A stretch of 64,000 nt of DNA from an uncultured delta proteobacterium (GTDB taxonomy: Bacteria; Myxococcota_A; Polyangia; Polyangiales; Polyangiaceae). This document shows, in pieces, positions 50,133-60,938 of the stretch (position 1 is its first letter; every line of letters begins with the position of its first letter). A program made the position numbers and the translations under genes. The stretch is from positions 64,001-128,000 of the forward strand of contig CAVOKF010000003.1 of the NCBI GenBank assembly GCA_963696385.1. The letters are read 5' to 3'. The notes beneath the pieces are model-generated. The model was not told the origin of the DNA. It did no database searches and saw nothing but the letters and a program-made list of their open reading frames with translations.

Positions 50133-52016
50133 CTACGGCGACGGCGGCGCAATGAACATTTCATAGCTTCCGTCAATGCCCGTGATGGCCTCGCCCAGCT
50201 CGACGGCGAGCGCCGCAGACGACACCGGCGGCAGACGGAACGAACGAACGAGCGCGTTGGCAATGGGATTTCCCGCCGGATCAGCCAATGTCAACCCGAG
50301 GGATTGCGGCGCGGGCACAATGACGGGCGCGAGAGACAAAGAGTCGGTTCCGTCCGCGAAGATCGGTTGCGTGACTACCACCCATGGCAGACGCGTCCCT
50401 GCCGCAGGTCGAACGCGCAAGGTGAAGTATCCTGGGTCCAAGTCGAATGCGAACGATCCATCCGAGAGGGTCGTGCTTTGAGCCGGCCGCGGAAGACACC
50501 AGGTCGACGGCAGCTTCGACAGCGAGGCCGTGCACCCAGTGGGAATGGCGTCGATCACGGCTCCGGAAAGGCCACGATTATCGGCCACGCGCGCGGAGCC
50601 GCGGGCGGATTGAAGGCCGCCGAGCGAGAAGTTCATCGTTTGATCGTGCAGGAGCGAAACCGAGGACGCGACTTGCACCGCCGCCGTCGCGGCATCGCCG
50701 CCATCCAAGCTGCCCCCCGAGCCCTCGATGAGGGGGTTGGTCGGACGAACGTCGATTCGATAAAAGCCAGATGGAAGCGTGGCGGAATACGTCGAATTTT
50801 CCGTCGATGGGTCCGTCGTGGTGTTCACGGAGAGGGTGTATTCGAAGGTCTGGTTCTGGACCCCCGTCGGATCGTCGGCCGACGACAGGGTCGTGATCGA
50901 TATCGCTTCGAAGACGATCACGGCTGCGACCGGCGAACCGGACTGCGAGGACGTGACTTGTCCTTGCAGGTTCACCGTCGCCGGCAACATCGGATAAAGG
51001 ATCGGAGTGACCATGCCGAACAAGTTGAACACGCCGGTCGGTAGGATTGCCCCAGCGGGTGGCGCCACGACCAGCTCTGTTTGGGAGAGTGCGTCAAGGT
51101 CTGGCTGCGTCGGGTCGGTCGATCGCTTCACGGCCAGAATTACGTTCGATATCGTCGTTCCGCTGAGGGGCGCCCGGCTCGACACGATTCGGTCATTTTG
51201 GTCCCGAAGGTAGGCCGTCCACCCGTTCAACGTGCCCCCCGTGCGCGTGATCTCGAACGTAGGAAGGGCTTGCCCACCGGTCGTGTCGTACGATTCAATC
51301 GTCTGCTGGTCGACGGACATGCCGCTCGATACGGTCACGACTTGCGTCACGGGACCGAATGCCTCATCGAATGGAGGATCCGCGATCAGGGTGCGCTCGT
51401 AGGTTCCGGGCTGAAGGTAGGTCTGGGATTCGGTCTCCGGCCCTCCGCCGGGTCCGGGAAGGAAATCCACCAGTTGTACGGAGTCCGCGAGCACAGGAGT
51501 GATCGGCAGGCCCAAAAGAGCGGCTTCCGTGTCGGAGCTTCCAGGCCAAAGAAGGCGAAATACCGCGTGAAACGGCAGCGAGGTGGTGACACCGGAAGTG
51601 CCCAAGTCCCAATCGACCGTTTGGGCCAAACGAGGCGATACTGCATAAAGGCCGAATACAGTCCCGACCGCAGGGAGTTCTGCCGGGCTCGCCAGCGTCG
51701 AACTCGCCGAAGTGGCATTTGCCAAATCATCGAAAGGAATGGCGAACGTCCGTCCGGGAGCGAAATACGCGTCGCCAGGCACCGAGATCAGGACCACGAG
51801 GTCGCTGGTCGAAGGGGCCTCGGCGGGGTCGATCACGCAAGCGCCCCCCATGCACTGCACGTCGCTGGATTGGACGTATGCCGAGCACGGATTTTGGGGA
51901 CAGACATTTTCGGCCGCGGACGACATCTCGAGAGAGCGAATGGGTCCGCAGCCAACCGCCCCTGCCCAGGCGGTCGCCGCCATGCCCAGCCAAGCATTTC
52001 GGCCGAAGGCTTTCAA
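50133..52016 (-). CDS. Lipoprotein with carboxypeptidase-regulatory-like beta-sandwich repeats
   Basis: Lipobox AVGC; DGSF..LDPG.Y repeats; TTGA-coupled. Confidence 0.75.
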   Translation of the reverse strand: MKAFGRNAWLGMAATAWAGAVGCGPIRSLEMSSAAENVCPQNPCSAYVQSSDVQCMGGACVIDPAEAPSTSDLVVLISVPGDAYFAPGRTFAIPFDDLANATSASSTLASPAELPAVGTVFGLYAVSPRLAQTVDWDLGTSGVTTSLPFHAVFRLLWPGSSDTEAALLGLPITPVLADSVQLVDFLPGPGGGPETESQTYLQPGTYERTLIADPPFDEAFGPVTQVVTVSSGMSVDQQTIESYDTTGGQALPTFEITRTGGTLNGWTAYLRDQNDRIVSSRAPLSGTTISNVILAVKRSTDPTQPDLDALSQTELVVAPPAGAILPTGVFNLFGMVTPILYPMLPATVNLQGQVTSSQSGSPVAAVIVFEAISITTLSSADDPTGVQNQTFEYTLSVNTTTDPSTENSTYSATLPSGFYRIDVRPTNPLIEGSGGSLDGGDAATAAVQVASSVSLLHDQTMNFSLGGLQSARGSARVADNRGLSGAVIDAIPTGCTASLSKLPSTWCLPRPAQSTTLSDGSFAFDLDPGYFTLRVRPAAGTRLPWVVVTQPIFADGTDSLSLAPVIVPAPQSLGLTLADPAGNPIANALVRSFRLPPVSSAALAVELGEAITGIDGSYEMFIAPPSP

Positions 52017-52630
52017 AAATCGCCCCCGTCCCCTTCGACCGCTGCCGCCACGGATGCGCCGTCCGGGCCCGAGTCCCCGGTTTCGCACCCGTCGAGGCCG
52101 CCGGAGGGCGTGTAGAACCACACGACGTTGTCGCCCCCGATGCTGTCGGGCTGGCGAAACAGCGTCGCGCCGGCCTCCGAAGTCGCGAACCCGTCCACCA
52201 CGAGGACTTCGATTCGATGGCACGCCGCCGTCGTCGGCGGCGGCGGTTGAAGTGGGATGGGGATCAAGACCACCCCGCCGTCGATGCCGGACTGACCGCC
52301 ACCGGTGCCCATCCATACCGGCAAGGCGTGACGGCTACCGTCGTCGTCGATGAACACGTCATACGCAAAATGCTGATTTGGACCATCGAGTCGCACCGGG
52401 ATAATAAACATATCGTCCAGCGGCCATTGGGAAAGGAGCTGATCGTCGGGGGGGATGAGCGCGTCGTGCAACACCGTCGGCGGTGGCTCAAGCGTGGGAG
52501 CCAGGTCCGATGGGGGCGTGGTGAGGCACCCAACGCCCACACCGAAGCGTAGAAAGCCCACGGCGAAGATGACACACGCGCCGAGCATTGCGCGCGGCCT
52601 CGGCGGCTGACAGCGCTTTCGAGTCCACAT
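52013..52630 (-). CDS. Lipoprotein
   Basis: Hydrophobic N-terminus ending GVGC. Confidence 0.7.
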   Translation of the reverse strand: MWTRKRCQPPRPRAMLGACVIFAVGFLRFGVGVGCLTTPPSDLAPTLEPPPTVLHDALIPPDDQLLSQWPLDDMFIIPVRLDGPNQHFAYDVFIDDDGSRHALPVWMGTGGGQSGIDGGVVLIPIPLQPPPPTTAACHRIEVLVVDGFATSEAGATLFRQPDSIGGDNVVWFYTPSGGLDGCETGDSGPDGASVAAAVEGDGGDF

Positions 52631-52669
52631 GATTCATCCTACGATTCGGCTGAGAGCAATAAAGCTACA

Positions 52670-55600
52670 TCAATGCGAATCGAGCTCCGGTGCCTGCGCC
52701 ATGTCCCACGGCTCGCTCGTGGCCATATGCCATCGGGCTTGAGCGTATTCTGGACTCACAGCCAAACGAAACAAGTCGGCCATCAAGGGCTCCCGCTCGC
52801 AAAGCCTGCGCAAATCGAGCGGCGATCCGAGCTCTGCGAGGCGCGACGGCTTCTCGGCGAGCAGTTCCCGAGCCGCGAATCCAAAGTCGCCGGCGAGAAA
52901 CATTCCCACCCGTCGCCCGACATGCGCGGCGCGGACGACAAGCTCTTCGTATTCAGGAAGCTGGCCGTTGGCGAGCAGTTGCTGAAGCCGCCGCTGCACT
53001 CGAGCCGGAACGATCTGCCAGAATGCTTCGGCCAAACGGGCTGCCTCCGGGGTGACGCTACGATCGAGGACCGTCGACCCAAACGCGGTCCGCAGCGCCG
53101 CGATGGCTGCACGTGCTTCCGATTCGGGAAGGCCGAGGCAGAGGACGTTCTGCGGCAAAGCACCCGATATCGCTCGTCCGAGTGCGAAGAGGAGAGCGGC
53201 CGAGTCGTCGTGCGCATCCGCCGTCAGAAGAATCGCGGGTTGCGAGAGGACGGCCAGCTTTACCGACGGCGGGTCCGTGGCGGGCCGAAAGTACAAAGGA
53301 ATTCGCGGACCGTCGAGAACCCGGATCGCAGCCTGATAGATACGCGCGATGGTCGAGGTGGGACCTGGAACGACGCGCTCGGCTGCACGTAAATCGTAGC
53401 TCAGAGAGTCCCGCACGAATAGTTGCTTGGCCTCGTCCCATAGGAGACCGAGTGCTTCACCGCAAGCACCCACCAATGAACGAGTTAGAAGCCCGAATAC
53501 ACCGGCCTGTTCCGGAAGAGCCGTCAACGGAGGCGGAAGGAGGGGCCCACGCTGCACGTCGAACGCGCGAGCGACGTGTTCGAGAGCTCTCGCGTAAAGG
53601 CGATCGCCGTCGGCCAACGCCGCGCTCTGCAGCAGCGCGAGCCTGCGGATGTCGCCCGGCTCGATGGCGACTTGCTCGTATCGCACACGAACCAGGTCCC
53701 GCGTGCGATCGGGCGATGCGGCGAGCCGCTCCGCCAAACTATCCCCTGCCTCGGTGACGCCGCTGCGCAACTGCTCCCACAGCCCGGCCTCGGCACCGAA
53801 GAGGTCGCCGCGAGCGGCGAGGCTAGAACCGAGCGCCGGTCGCCCTTCAGCCGCGGGTGCCATAGGAGTGGGGGCCCCCAAGCGGTCAGGCTCGATCGGC
53901 GGGTCCGGTTTTTCCAACGGAACGGCCGGACTCGAAGGCGCGGACTTTGAATGCCCCAGTAACGCACGCCTCTCCCGCGCAGCCGCACGGCTCTCGTCGT
54001 GCCGCTCGGCAACTTCGAGAAACATCAGTGCGTCGTCGGTGCGATCCGCCCGGCTCGCCGCGTCGGCCGCTACAAGGGCAACCTGGCCCGGCTTGCGAAG
54101 ATCGAGCAAGGGGCCCGAAAGTGCAATCTGATATTGTTCGAGCGCTCCGACCAGATTTCCTTGCGCCGCGAACCGCTCGCCGATCCCCACGGCAACCAGG
54201 GGATGGGCCCCGACCGAAGCATGCGCCGCCCGGAGCTCGCGCAGCCCCGAGCTCCCCCCTTCGACGACGTCCAAGGCCTCGGCAAGCAGGAACGAGCGAA
54301 GTGCCGCATCATCGCGCGTCAGAGGCTCTTCAATGGCTCCCAGGTCGGCGATCGTCCGCCGCGCCTCGTCGGGCGCGCCCGCGCCCCGAAAGCGATATTC
54401 GAGCCCCCTCGCAAGAAGTTGCGGCGTCCCTCGCTGCGGCGCGGTCCGAGCCGCCTCCCGGGCGCGCTCGAGCGCTCCGCGGAGATGGGCGGTTCGGGCC
54501 GCGATCATCGCAGCCTCGACGAGCAGGTCGCTCCGAGCCGACGCATCGAGACCATCGGCCCTCGCGAGCGCGGCCAGGGCATCGCCGAGTGCGACGTCAT
54601 CGTTCGACGCCCGCGCCGCATCCACGCGAAGGGCGAGTGCGGCGCCCTCGTTCGGGCGCGCGGCGATCATGCGGTCGGCGAGATCCAACGCCTGGGACAC
54701 CTGGTTGGACGCGAGGAGAGCGCGTCCAGCCCGTAATTCAAGATCCTGCCGATCCGTTGGATCTCGCTCCAGCCGTGCTGCCGCCAGCCAGCAGCGCGCG
54801 GCCCCGGCAGGGTCTGTGCTGCGGTCCAGCAGGTCGGCGAGATAGCGAAGAGCTCCAGGGCTGTCCGGGGTCTCTTCGACGAGGCGAGACAGCTCATCGA
54901 GTGCGTCTCGCGCGCGATCGAGGCGTTGCTCGAGAATGGCGGCCCTCCGCAAGCGGACGGCGCGCAGGGTTTCGCGACGCCTCGGATCGGCACTCAAGCG
55001 AACGGCTCGCCGAGCCAGGTGCTCAGCAAGTTCGGTGTACCGTCCGTGCGCGGCCATCGCCCCTTCCAGCGCTTCGTCGGCGTCGTCGTCGGTCGGATCG
55101 AGCGCCAGCACTTCGTACCATACGGGTGCGGCAACGGTTGCGTCGCCTTGCGCGTCGAGTGCGCGCGCGAGGCGTTTGAGCACGGCAGCTCGACCCTCCG
55201 GTGGGATCCGCCGAGCGGCCTTTTGGAGGGCGTGAATCCGTGCCGCCTCGTCACCGGATCGCTCTGCGAGCCGCTCAAGCGAGGTCCATCGCTCGAGCGG
55301 CTCGGGATCGAGCCTGCACGCCTCCCAGACCGCGTTCAGCGCGCCGGCGATGTCGCCTCGCGCCTCGCGTCTCTCCGCCACCTCCATCCACCGATCTCCG
55401 CGTGTCCTCGGCGACGTGGCTGCCTCCCTCGCGGCGCCGCCCGTGCGAGGTTCGAGCGCCGGTTCGTGCCCGGCGGCTAGCCGTGACGCCTGCAGTTCGC
55501 GCTCGACGGCCGCCCGATCGCGCTCGTCGACCATGGGCAGCGCACGTTCAAACAGCGGCACGGCCTCGTGGTATGCCATTTTTGCGACGCGACCGCGTGC

Positions 55601-58600
55601 GACGGCAAGAATGGCCTGCGATCGACGCTGCAGGGATACGTGCGAGTCGAGGCGATCGGCCCATTGTGGCGCTAGACGCACGGCCTCGTCGGCTGCCAGC
55701 ACGAGCGCATCGTCGTCTGGATCCCGAAGCGCAGCCGCCACGGCCGTGCGCGCGCGCAACGCGTCGTCTCCGAGTTTGGCCGCTAGGCTCGAAAGCAGGC
55801 GCATCGCTGCGCCGCCGATCTTGGATGCGGGCCGCTCGGCCTCGACGAGGATCGCCGTCACTCGTTGGCCGGCATCGCGCGCGCGCACCAATCGGACAGC
55901 CCAAATCGATAGATCTTCGAAGGCCTCTACGCCACCGTCGCACGCGACCGCCTTCTCGGTCGAAGCCAACGCGCTGTCGGCATCGTCGAAGAGTTCGAGT
56001 GCGAGGACGGCGAACGCGATCGCAACCCGCGCGGCCTCCGGCCCGACGTCCCCGCCGAGAGTCTGTGCGGCGCGCGACACGCGCATGTGCAGCGGATCCC
56101 GCTCGTGGGGATCGGCGGCGAGCAAAGCGATTAAGGCGTCGCGGAGGGCGGCCACAGTCGCCGCGTTCGGCGCGGCATGGATGGCGCGCAAGACCAGGTT
56201 GACCTTGGCGCGTATCCCCTCCTCGCCATCGCCCGCCACATCGGCCGCCCGCAGCAACCATGCGGCACGCCCTTGGGGGAGCTCCGCCGTCTCGGCCACC
56301 TGTTCGACGGCCTGAACCGCAAAGGTCGAATCTCCGGCACGGGCTGCCGCTTGCGCGAGCAGGCACAACGTGGATCCCTCTGAGGGCAACGCGAGGAATG
56401 CCTTCGCCGCGTGCTTCAACGCCAACGAGTTCTCGCCGAGCTTGCCAAGAAAGCGTGCGCCACGGTAATGCACGGCGCGCCGGCCGAAGCGGCCGAAGGA
56501 TCGATCCGCGACAGCATCGTAGAGCTCCGACAGACCTCCGTACTCACCGCATCTCCGGGCCGCAGGCTCCGCAATTTCGAGAGCGCTTCCCTGCCTGGGA
56601 TAGCGAGCGACCGACCGGGCGCACAATTGGAGTGCGGTACGCGACTCACCCGACCATAGTGCAGCCGTGGCCGCTTCGGCAGCCATCTCCGCGGCTTTGA
56701 CGTCGTCTGGCTCGGTCTCAACGACGCGCTCGATATATTGGAACGCGAACGGCGCCCCTCCGAACGCGATGACGTCCAGCGCCAGAATCGTATAGCCGCC
56801 CGCGCCGCTGATGCGCGCCGACCGTTGCCAGGCGGCAATCGCGCCCACTCGATCGTCGGCCAGATCCCAGAGGGCGCCGCCAAGCTCTCGCCACGCCGCC
56901 GCCTCGACCTCCGGTTTCTGCTCGACGATCGAACGGCTGGCTTGAGCCGCCATGCGCCACAAATGCGTGTCGGGCGTAGCCGGTCGCCCGGCCATGCGCC
57001 TCAAGTGTGCGTCGGTCTCCGCAGAATTGAAACCCTCGCGAACAGCTCGCGCGATGATCCGCGATTGCCCTTCTTCGTCGCCGAGCCGCTCCCTCAGATC
57101 CGCCAGTTGGACGAACGCCGACCGACGGTGGCCGCCGTCGGCGCCACTCGCAAGCCACCGTTCGAGGATCACCGCGGCAAAGGCGTCGTCGGAGGCTTTG
57201 CCCGCAACTTCGAGCATGGCCTCGCGTAGGCACGCCGCTTTCGGACCGAATACGTCGAGCGCCCGCCGTGCGACGACGACGGCCCGAGCGATGTCGGGCC
57301 GCGTCAGTTCGCGTAGCGCGCCGCTGAATCTCACGACGACGATGCCGAGGGGAAGCGGTTGCGACAAGACCCACGCCAGAGCCTCCGCGAGGCGCTGCGC
57401 GTCCCCTGACGCGAGGAGGCGACCGAGCAGCATCTCCACGGCGCGCCAATCGCCCGGGCGCAACCTAACGTGACGCTGATTCCATGCGATCGCCTGCTCG
57501 CGACGGCCTATCGCGTCGAGGATGTCCGCCAGCGCCGAGCACCAGTCCGGTCTCGGACCCACCAGCGAAAGTGCGCGCTCTATCGCCGACGCAGCTTGGC
57601 GATCGAAGTCACCGATGACTGCGTCGGCGAGAGCGGCCGCACAACGGGCATCATCGGGGTCGGCCTCGGTCGCGGCGGCGGCTGCGCTCCGTGCTGCCAT
57701 GCGGTCCCCCCACTGGCGATGGCGCTCCGAGGCGACAGCCAGCAACATCGCGCGCCACGAGGTCGGCGATCGCGCCGCGATGCCCTCAAGCGCCAGCGCG
57801 CTCGAGCGCAGGTCGCACGCGAGCTCGCGGCGCATCGAAGGGGCATCTGGAAGCCCTACCTCGCGGAGCACCGCTTCCAACGCCTGACCCTCGTCGCCAC
57901 CGAGATCCGCCCCAGCAGCTCGGTCGAGCGCAGCCCCGAGCGCACGCGATCGCATGCCGGAAGCCAACGCGGCGGCCGTGCGACGCGCATGAATCTCGGT
58001 GATCCGGCTCAGAGCACTGCCGCCGAGCGCTTTCGCGTGCGCTCGCCATACCTCGTCGGAGGCAGAGGCGCGCGCGCCTTGATCGAGAGCGGCGCCGAGT
58101 GCTTGAACCGCGACCGCGCTCGTGGGATCGGTCGCAAAGGCCCGCCACAGATCCTCGTGCTCCGCTTCGGTCTGCTGGAGCACGTGGTGCCGACGCGCGG
58201 CTTCGACGTACGCTTCGGCCCCGACCCAGGGCGGAGCCGATTCGGGATCCCACGCTGAAAGCGCGCCCAGCAACTCTGCGGGCAGCGGGTCCTCGTGATC
58301 CAACGCCATGGCCGACTGGAACGCCAAAGCCGCGTTCGCGGCCGCCCCGGCGCGGGCCCGGAGCTGCCCCGCGCGCACGAGAATGTCCGCGAACTCAGGC
58401 GAATCGTCCCCGATCGACGCATTCGGCTTCAACACGGCTGCGGCACGCGCTGGTTCACCCAGGCTCTCGAGCCACGCCGACGCTTCGCGCCTGAGCTCGA
58501 GGTCGGCGCCGAGCGACAGTGCCATGGACGCCAGGTCGACAGCCTCGTCGAGATCGCGGTCGCGAGAAGCGAGCCAGCGCGCCAACGTCGTGCATGCCGT

Positions 58601-58843
58601 TCGCAACGTGCTCGTGTCCCCCGCCGCGTGCGCCTCCTCCACTCGGGCGCGAAGCCACGCCTCTTCGGCCCGCGTTCCGATTCGCCGCGGCAAGGGCAGC
58701 GGAACGCTCGGAGGTCGGCTCGAAGCGCCGCGGGCGCGCGCCGCCCTCCACTCCGGGGGTGGGAGCGTCCTCTGGTGGGTCGTCTCGACCGGACGTTCGC
58801 CCACCGGGCTGTGCTCCCGAGGCGGACCGTCGGACCCAAACAT
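52670..58843 (-). CDS. Giant TPR protein (~2050 aa)
   Basis: Continuous helical repeats, myxobacterial-type C-terminal domain. Confidence 0.85.
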   Translation of the reverse strand: MFGSDGPPREHSPVGERPVETTHQRTLPPPEWRAARARGASSRPPSVPLPLPRRIGTRAEEAWLRARVEEAHAAGDTSTLRTACTTLARWLASRDRDLDEAVDLASMALSLGADLELRREASAWLESLGEPARAAAVLKPNASIGDDSPEFADILVRAGQLRARAGAAANAALAFQSAMALDHEDPLPAELLGALSAWDPESAPPWVGAEAYVEAARRHHVLQQTEAEHEDLWRAFATDPTSAVAVQALGAALDQGARASASDEVWRAHAKALGGSALSRITEIHARRTAAALASGMRSRALGAALDRAAGADLGGDEGQALEAVLREVGLPDAPSMRRELACDLRSSALALEGIAARSPTSWRAMLLAVASERHRQWGDRMAARSAAAAATEADPDDARCAAALADAVIGDFDRQAASAIERALSLVGPRPDWCSALADILDAIGRREQAIAWNQRHVRLRPGDWRAVEMLLGRLLASGDAQRLAEALAWVLSQPLPLGIVVVRFSGALRELTRPDIARAVVVARRALDVFGPKAACLREAMLEVAGKASDDAFAAVILERWLASGADGGHRRSAFVQLADLRERLGDEEGQSRIIARAVREGFNSAETDAHLRRMAGRPATPDTHLWRMAAQASRSIVEQKPEVEAAAWRELGGALWDLADDRVGAIAAWQRSARISGAGGYTILALDVIAFGGAPFAFQYIERVVETEPDDVKAAEMAAEAATAALWSGESRTALQLCARSVARYPRQGSALEIAEPAARRCGEYGGLSELYDAVADRSFGRFGRRAVHYRGARFLGKLGENSLALKHAAKAFLALPSEGSTLCLLAQAAARAGDSTFAVQAVEQVAETAELPQGRAAWLLRAADVAGDGEEGIRAKVNLVLRAIHAAPNAATVAALRDALIALLAADPHERDPLHMRVSRAAQTLGGDVGPEAARVAIAFAVLALELFDDADSALASTEKAVACDGGVEAFEDLSIWAVRLVRARDAGQRVTAILVEAERPASKIGGAAMRLLSSLAAKLGDDALRARTAVAAALRDPDDDALVLAADEAVRLAPQWADRLDSHVSLQRRSQAILAVARGRVAKMAYHEAVPLFERALPMVDERDRAAVERELQASRLAAGHEPALEPRTGGAAREAATSPRTRGDRWMEVAERREARGDIAGALNAVWEACRLDPEPLERWTSLERLAERSGDEAARIHALQKAARRIPPEGRAAVLKRLARALDAQGDATVAAPVWYEVLALDPTDDDADEALEGAMAAHGRYTELAEHLARRAVRLSADPRRRETLRAVRLRRAAILEQRLDRARDALDELSRLVEETPDSPGALRYLADLLDRSTDPAGAARCWLAAARLERDPTDRQDLELRAGRALLASNQVSQALDLADRMIAARPNEGAALALRVDAARASNDDVALGDALAALARADGLDASARSDLLVEAAMIAARTAHLRGALERAREAARTAPQRGTPQLLARGLEYRFRGAGAPDEARRTIADLGAIEEPLTRDDAALRSFLLAEALDVVEGGSSGLRELRAAHASVGAHPLVAVGIGERFAAQGNLVGALEQYQIALSGPLLDLRKPGQVALVAADAASRADRTDDALMFLEVAERHDESRAAARERRALLGHSKSAPSSPAVPLEKPDPPIEPDRLGAPTPMAPAAEGRPALGSSLAARGDLFGAEAGLWEQLRSGVTEAGDSLAERLAASPDRTRDLVRVRYEQVAIEPGDIRRLALLQSAALADGDRLYARALEHVARAFDVQRGPLLPPPLTALPEQAGVFGLLTRSLVGACGEALGLLWDEAKQLFVRDSLSYDLRAAERVVPGPTSTIARIYQAAIRVLDGPRIPLYFRPATDPPSVKLAVLSQPAILLTADAHDDSAALLFALGRAISGALPQNVLCLGLPESEARAAIAALRTAFGSTVLDRSVTPEAARLAEAFWQIVPARVQRRLQQLLANGQLPEYEELVVRAAHVGRRVGMFLAGDFGFAARELLAEKPSRLAELGSPLDLRRLCEREPLMADLFRLAVSPEYAQARWHMATSEPWDMAQAPELDSH

Positions 58844-59046
58844 GGCGACGGAATCGTACGCTAGGCCAAGTCCGTGCGGAGGCGAAACCGTTCGTCGTCC
58901 TTCAGGCCGTCTGGCGGTCAAGATCGATCAGGCCATGGTCAGTTCGGACTTATGGATAAAGGAGGTCCACAGGAGATACCGTCTTCGTCGTGCGACAACC
59001 GACCCTGTCACTGCGCTCGACCAGACGGTGATGGGCGTGCCACCGC

Positions 59047-60147
59047 GTGACGTCCCCGGGGGCTGTAGAAGTGCCCAATTCGGATCCGATTGCAGCGAAG
59101 ACTTTGACTCCAACCGTTCAGGCATCCCCCACGGGCGGAACGGCCCCAACGGCGCAGCAACGCCGCATGGTCGCGGTCCTTGCCGCGCTGTTCGTCGCGC
59201 TGATCCTGTGTACGACCGCCTGCATGCTTCAGGGAGCCGGAAGCCTCCGTGACCCACAGCTGCGCTCGACGCTCCTGGTGCTTCGGGCCTCGCGCGCGGG
59301 TGCCGCATTGCTCGTCGGCGCGTCTCTCGCAGTCGCCGGCGTCATGGTCCAGGGGCTCTTTCGCAATCCCCTGGCCGATGTTTCGCTGTTAGGCACGTCG
59401 GCAGGCGCGATGCTCGGAGGCAACGCATCGCTGCTGGCGATGCAGTTCGTGCTGACTGGTTATGGGGTTGCGGGCGTTCCGCCGGACGTCATGCTGCCCG
59501 TGGGCTGCCTGGCCGGAGCGCTCTTCAGCCTCGCCCTGCTCTTTGCGTTCCTGCGCCGGTCGAGCGACGTTCTTTCGTTGATTCTCGCAGGGTTTCTCTT
59601 CTCCTCGTTGTTTCTCAGCGTGACGAGTCTCATCATGAGCATGGCGGAAGAGCGTTGGGAGCTCGGACGCGCCGTGATCTCGGTTACGCTCGGCGGAATC
59701 GCCACGACCGGCCCGCTCCAACTTGCGCTTGCCGCGCCCCTCGTGTTTTCGGGGATCCTCGCGGCGTGGTTTTGGGCCAAACCTCTCGACGTCTTGTTGT
59801 CCGGAGACGAAGAAGCGTCGTCGCTCGGCGTCGACGTCGCGCAGGTCAGGCGGTACTGCATCCTGTGGGTCGCCGTGTTGACTGCCGGCGCGGTCGCGCT
59901 CGGCGGCAACATCGCGTTCGTCGGTCTCTTGATCCCGCACGCGCTGCGGCCCGCCCTTGGAGTCGAACATCGCCGTCTGGTGCTGGTCTCCGCCATCGCA
60001 GGTGCCACATTCGTCGCGGCATGCGATCTCATCGCTCGCACGCTACCCGGACGGAGCGAGGTACCGCTCGGCGTCATCACCGGGTTGGTCGGAGCGCCCG
60101 CTTTTCTTGTGCTCCTTTCGCGCGCCAAGCGAGCAGGCGCATGGTGA
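59047..60147 (+). CDS. FecCD/BtuC-family ABC permease
   Basis: QGLFRNPLA, EASSLGVD, FVGLLIPH. Confidence 0.93.
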   Translation: MTSPGAVEVPNSDPIAAKTLTPTVQASPTGGTAPTAQQRRMVAVLAALFVALILCTTACMLQGAGSLRDPQLRSTLLVLRASRAGAALLVGASLAVAGVMVQGLFRNPLADVSLLGTSAGAMLGGNASLLAMQFVLTGYGVAGVPPDVMLPVGCLAGALFSLALLFAFLRRSSDVLSLILAGFLFSSLFLSVTSLIMSMAEERWELGRAVISVTLGGIATTGPLQLALAAPLVFSGILAAWFWAKPLDVLLSGDEEASSLGVDVAQVRRYCILWVAVLTAGAVALGGNIAFVGLLIPHALRPALGVEHRRLVLVSAIAGATFVAACDLIARTLPGRSEVPLGVITGLVGAPAFLVLLSRAKRAGAW

Positions 60148-60938
60148 TCGGCGTAGTCCGCGTATCGGATGTGCGTGTCGTCCGCGAGGGGCGGGCGATC
60201 TTGGACAGCATCCGCTTCGAAGCGCGCTTCGGCGCCATCACGGCCATTCTCGGTCCGAACGGGGCCGGCAAGTCAACGCTCGTGAGGGCCATCGCGGGAG
60301 TCACCCCGTACGAAGGGGACATCCTGGTCCATGGCCGGTCCGTGCGCAATCTCGACGCCGCGACACGCGCGCGGTCCATCGCGTACGTCCCTCAACAGTC
60401 CGAGCTAAGCTCGCCTATGCGAGTGGCCGAGGTGGTCGCACAGGGGCGTTACGCGCATCACGTGGGAAGGCTGACCCCTACGGACGCCGACCGGTCAGCC
60501 GGGCGTCATGCTCTCGATGTCGTTGGCGCCGGCCCCCTCGCCGATCGAGCGTTTACGACACTTTCGCAGGGCGAGCGTCAACGAGTCCTTATTGCACGCG
60601 CGCTGGCGACGGAGGCCCGCGTCCTCGTGCTCGACGAGCCGACCGCGGCGCTGGACATCGGCCACTCGTTGCGGCTTTACGCATTGCTCCGCCAACTGGC
60701 CGATGACGGGTATTGCGTCCTTGCGGTCTTGCACGCGCTTCAGGAGGCCCTCGAATGGACCGACGAAGCCGTGCTCTTGGATCGGGGCCGCCTTCTGATT
60801 GAGGGCGAGACTCTGTCGGTGATTTCCCATGCCAGCGTCGAGGCCGTCTACGGCGTCCGTCTGGTCGCGAACGGCGCGCTGGGATTTCGATTGGCGGACG
60901 AACCAGTCCCGTCGAGGGCGCCCGGATGCGTGGGGTGA
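60141..60938 (+). CDS. ABC ATP-binding protein (FecE/BtuD-like)
   Basis: GPNGAGKST, LSQGERQR, LDEPT. Confidence 0.93.
   Translation: MVIGVVRVSDVRVVREGRAILDSIRFEARFGAITAILGPNGAGKSTLVRAIAGVTPYEGDILVHGRSVRNLDAATRARSIAYVPQQSELSSPMRVAEVVAQGRYAHHVGRLTPTDADRSAGRHALDVVGAGPLADRAFTTLSQGERQRVLIARALATEARVLVLDEPTAALDIGHSLRLYALLRQLADDGYCVLAVLHALQEALEWTDEAVLLDRGRLLIEGETLSVISHASVEAVYGVRLVANGALGFRLADEPVPSRAPGCVG

Noticed and set aside
58850..59047. Cobalamin riboswitch before the Btu/Fec-like ABC operon
   Set aside because: Could not find the conserved GGGAA/GCCACTG elements; an Rfam scan would be decisive
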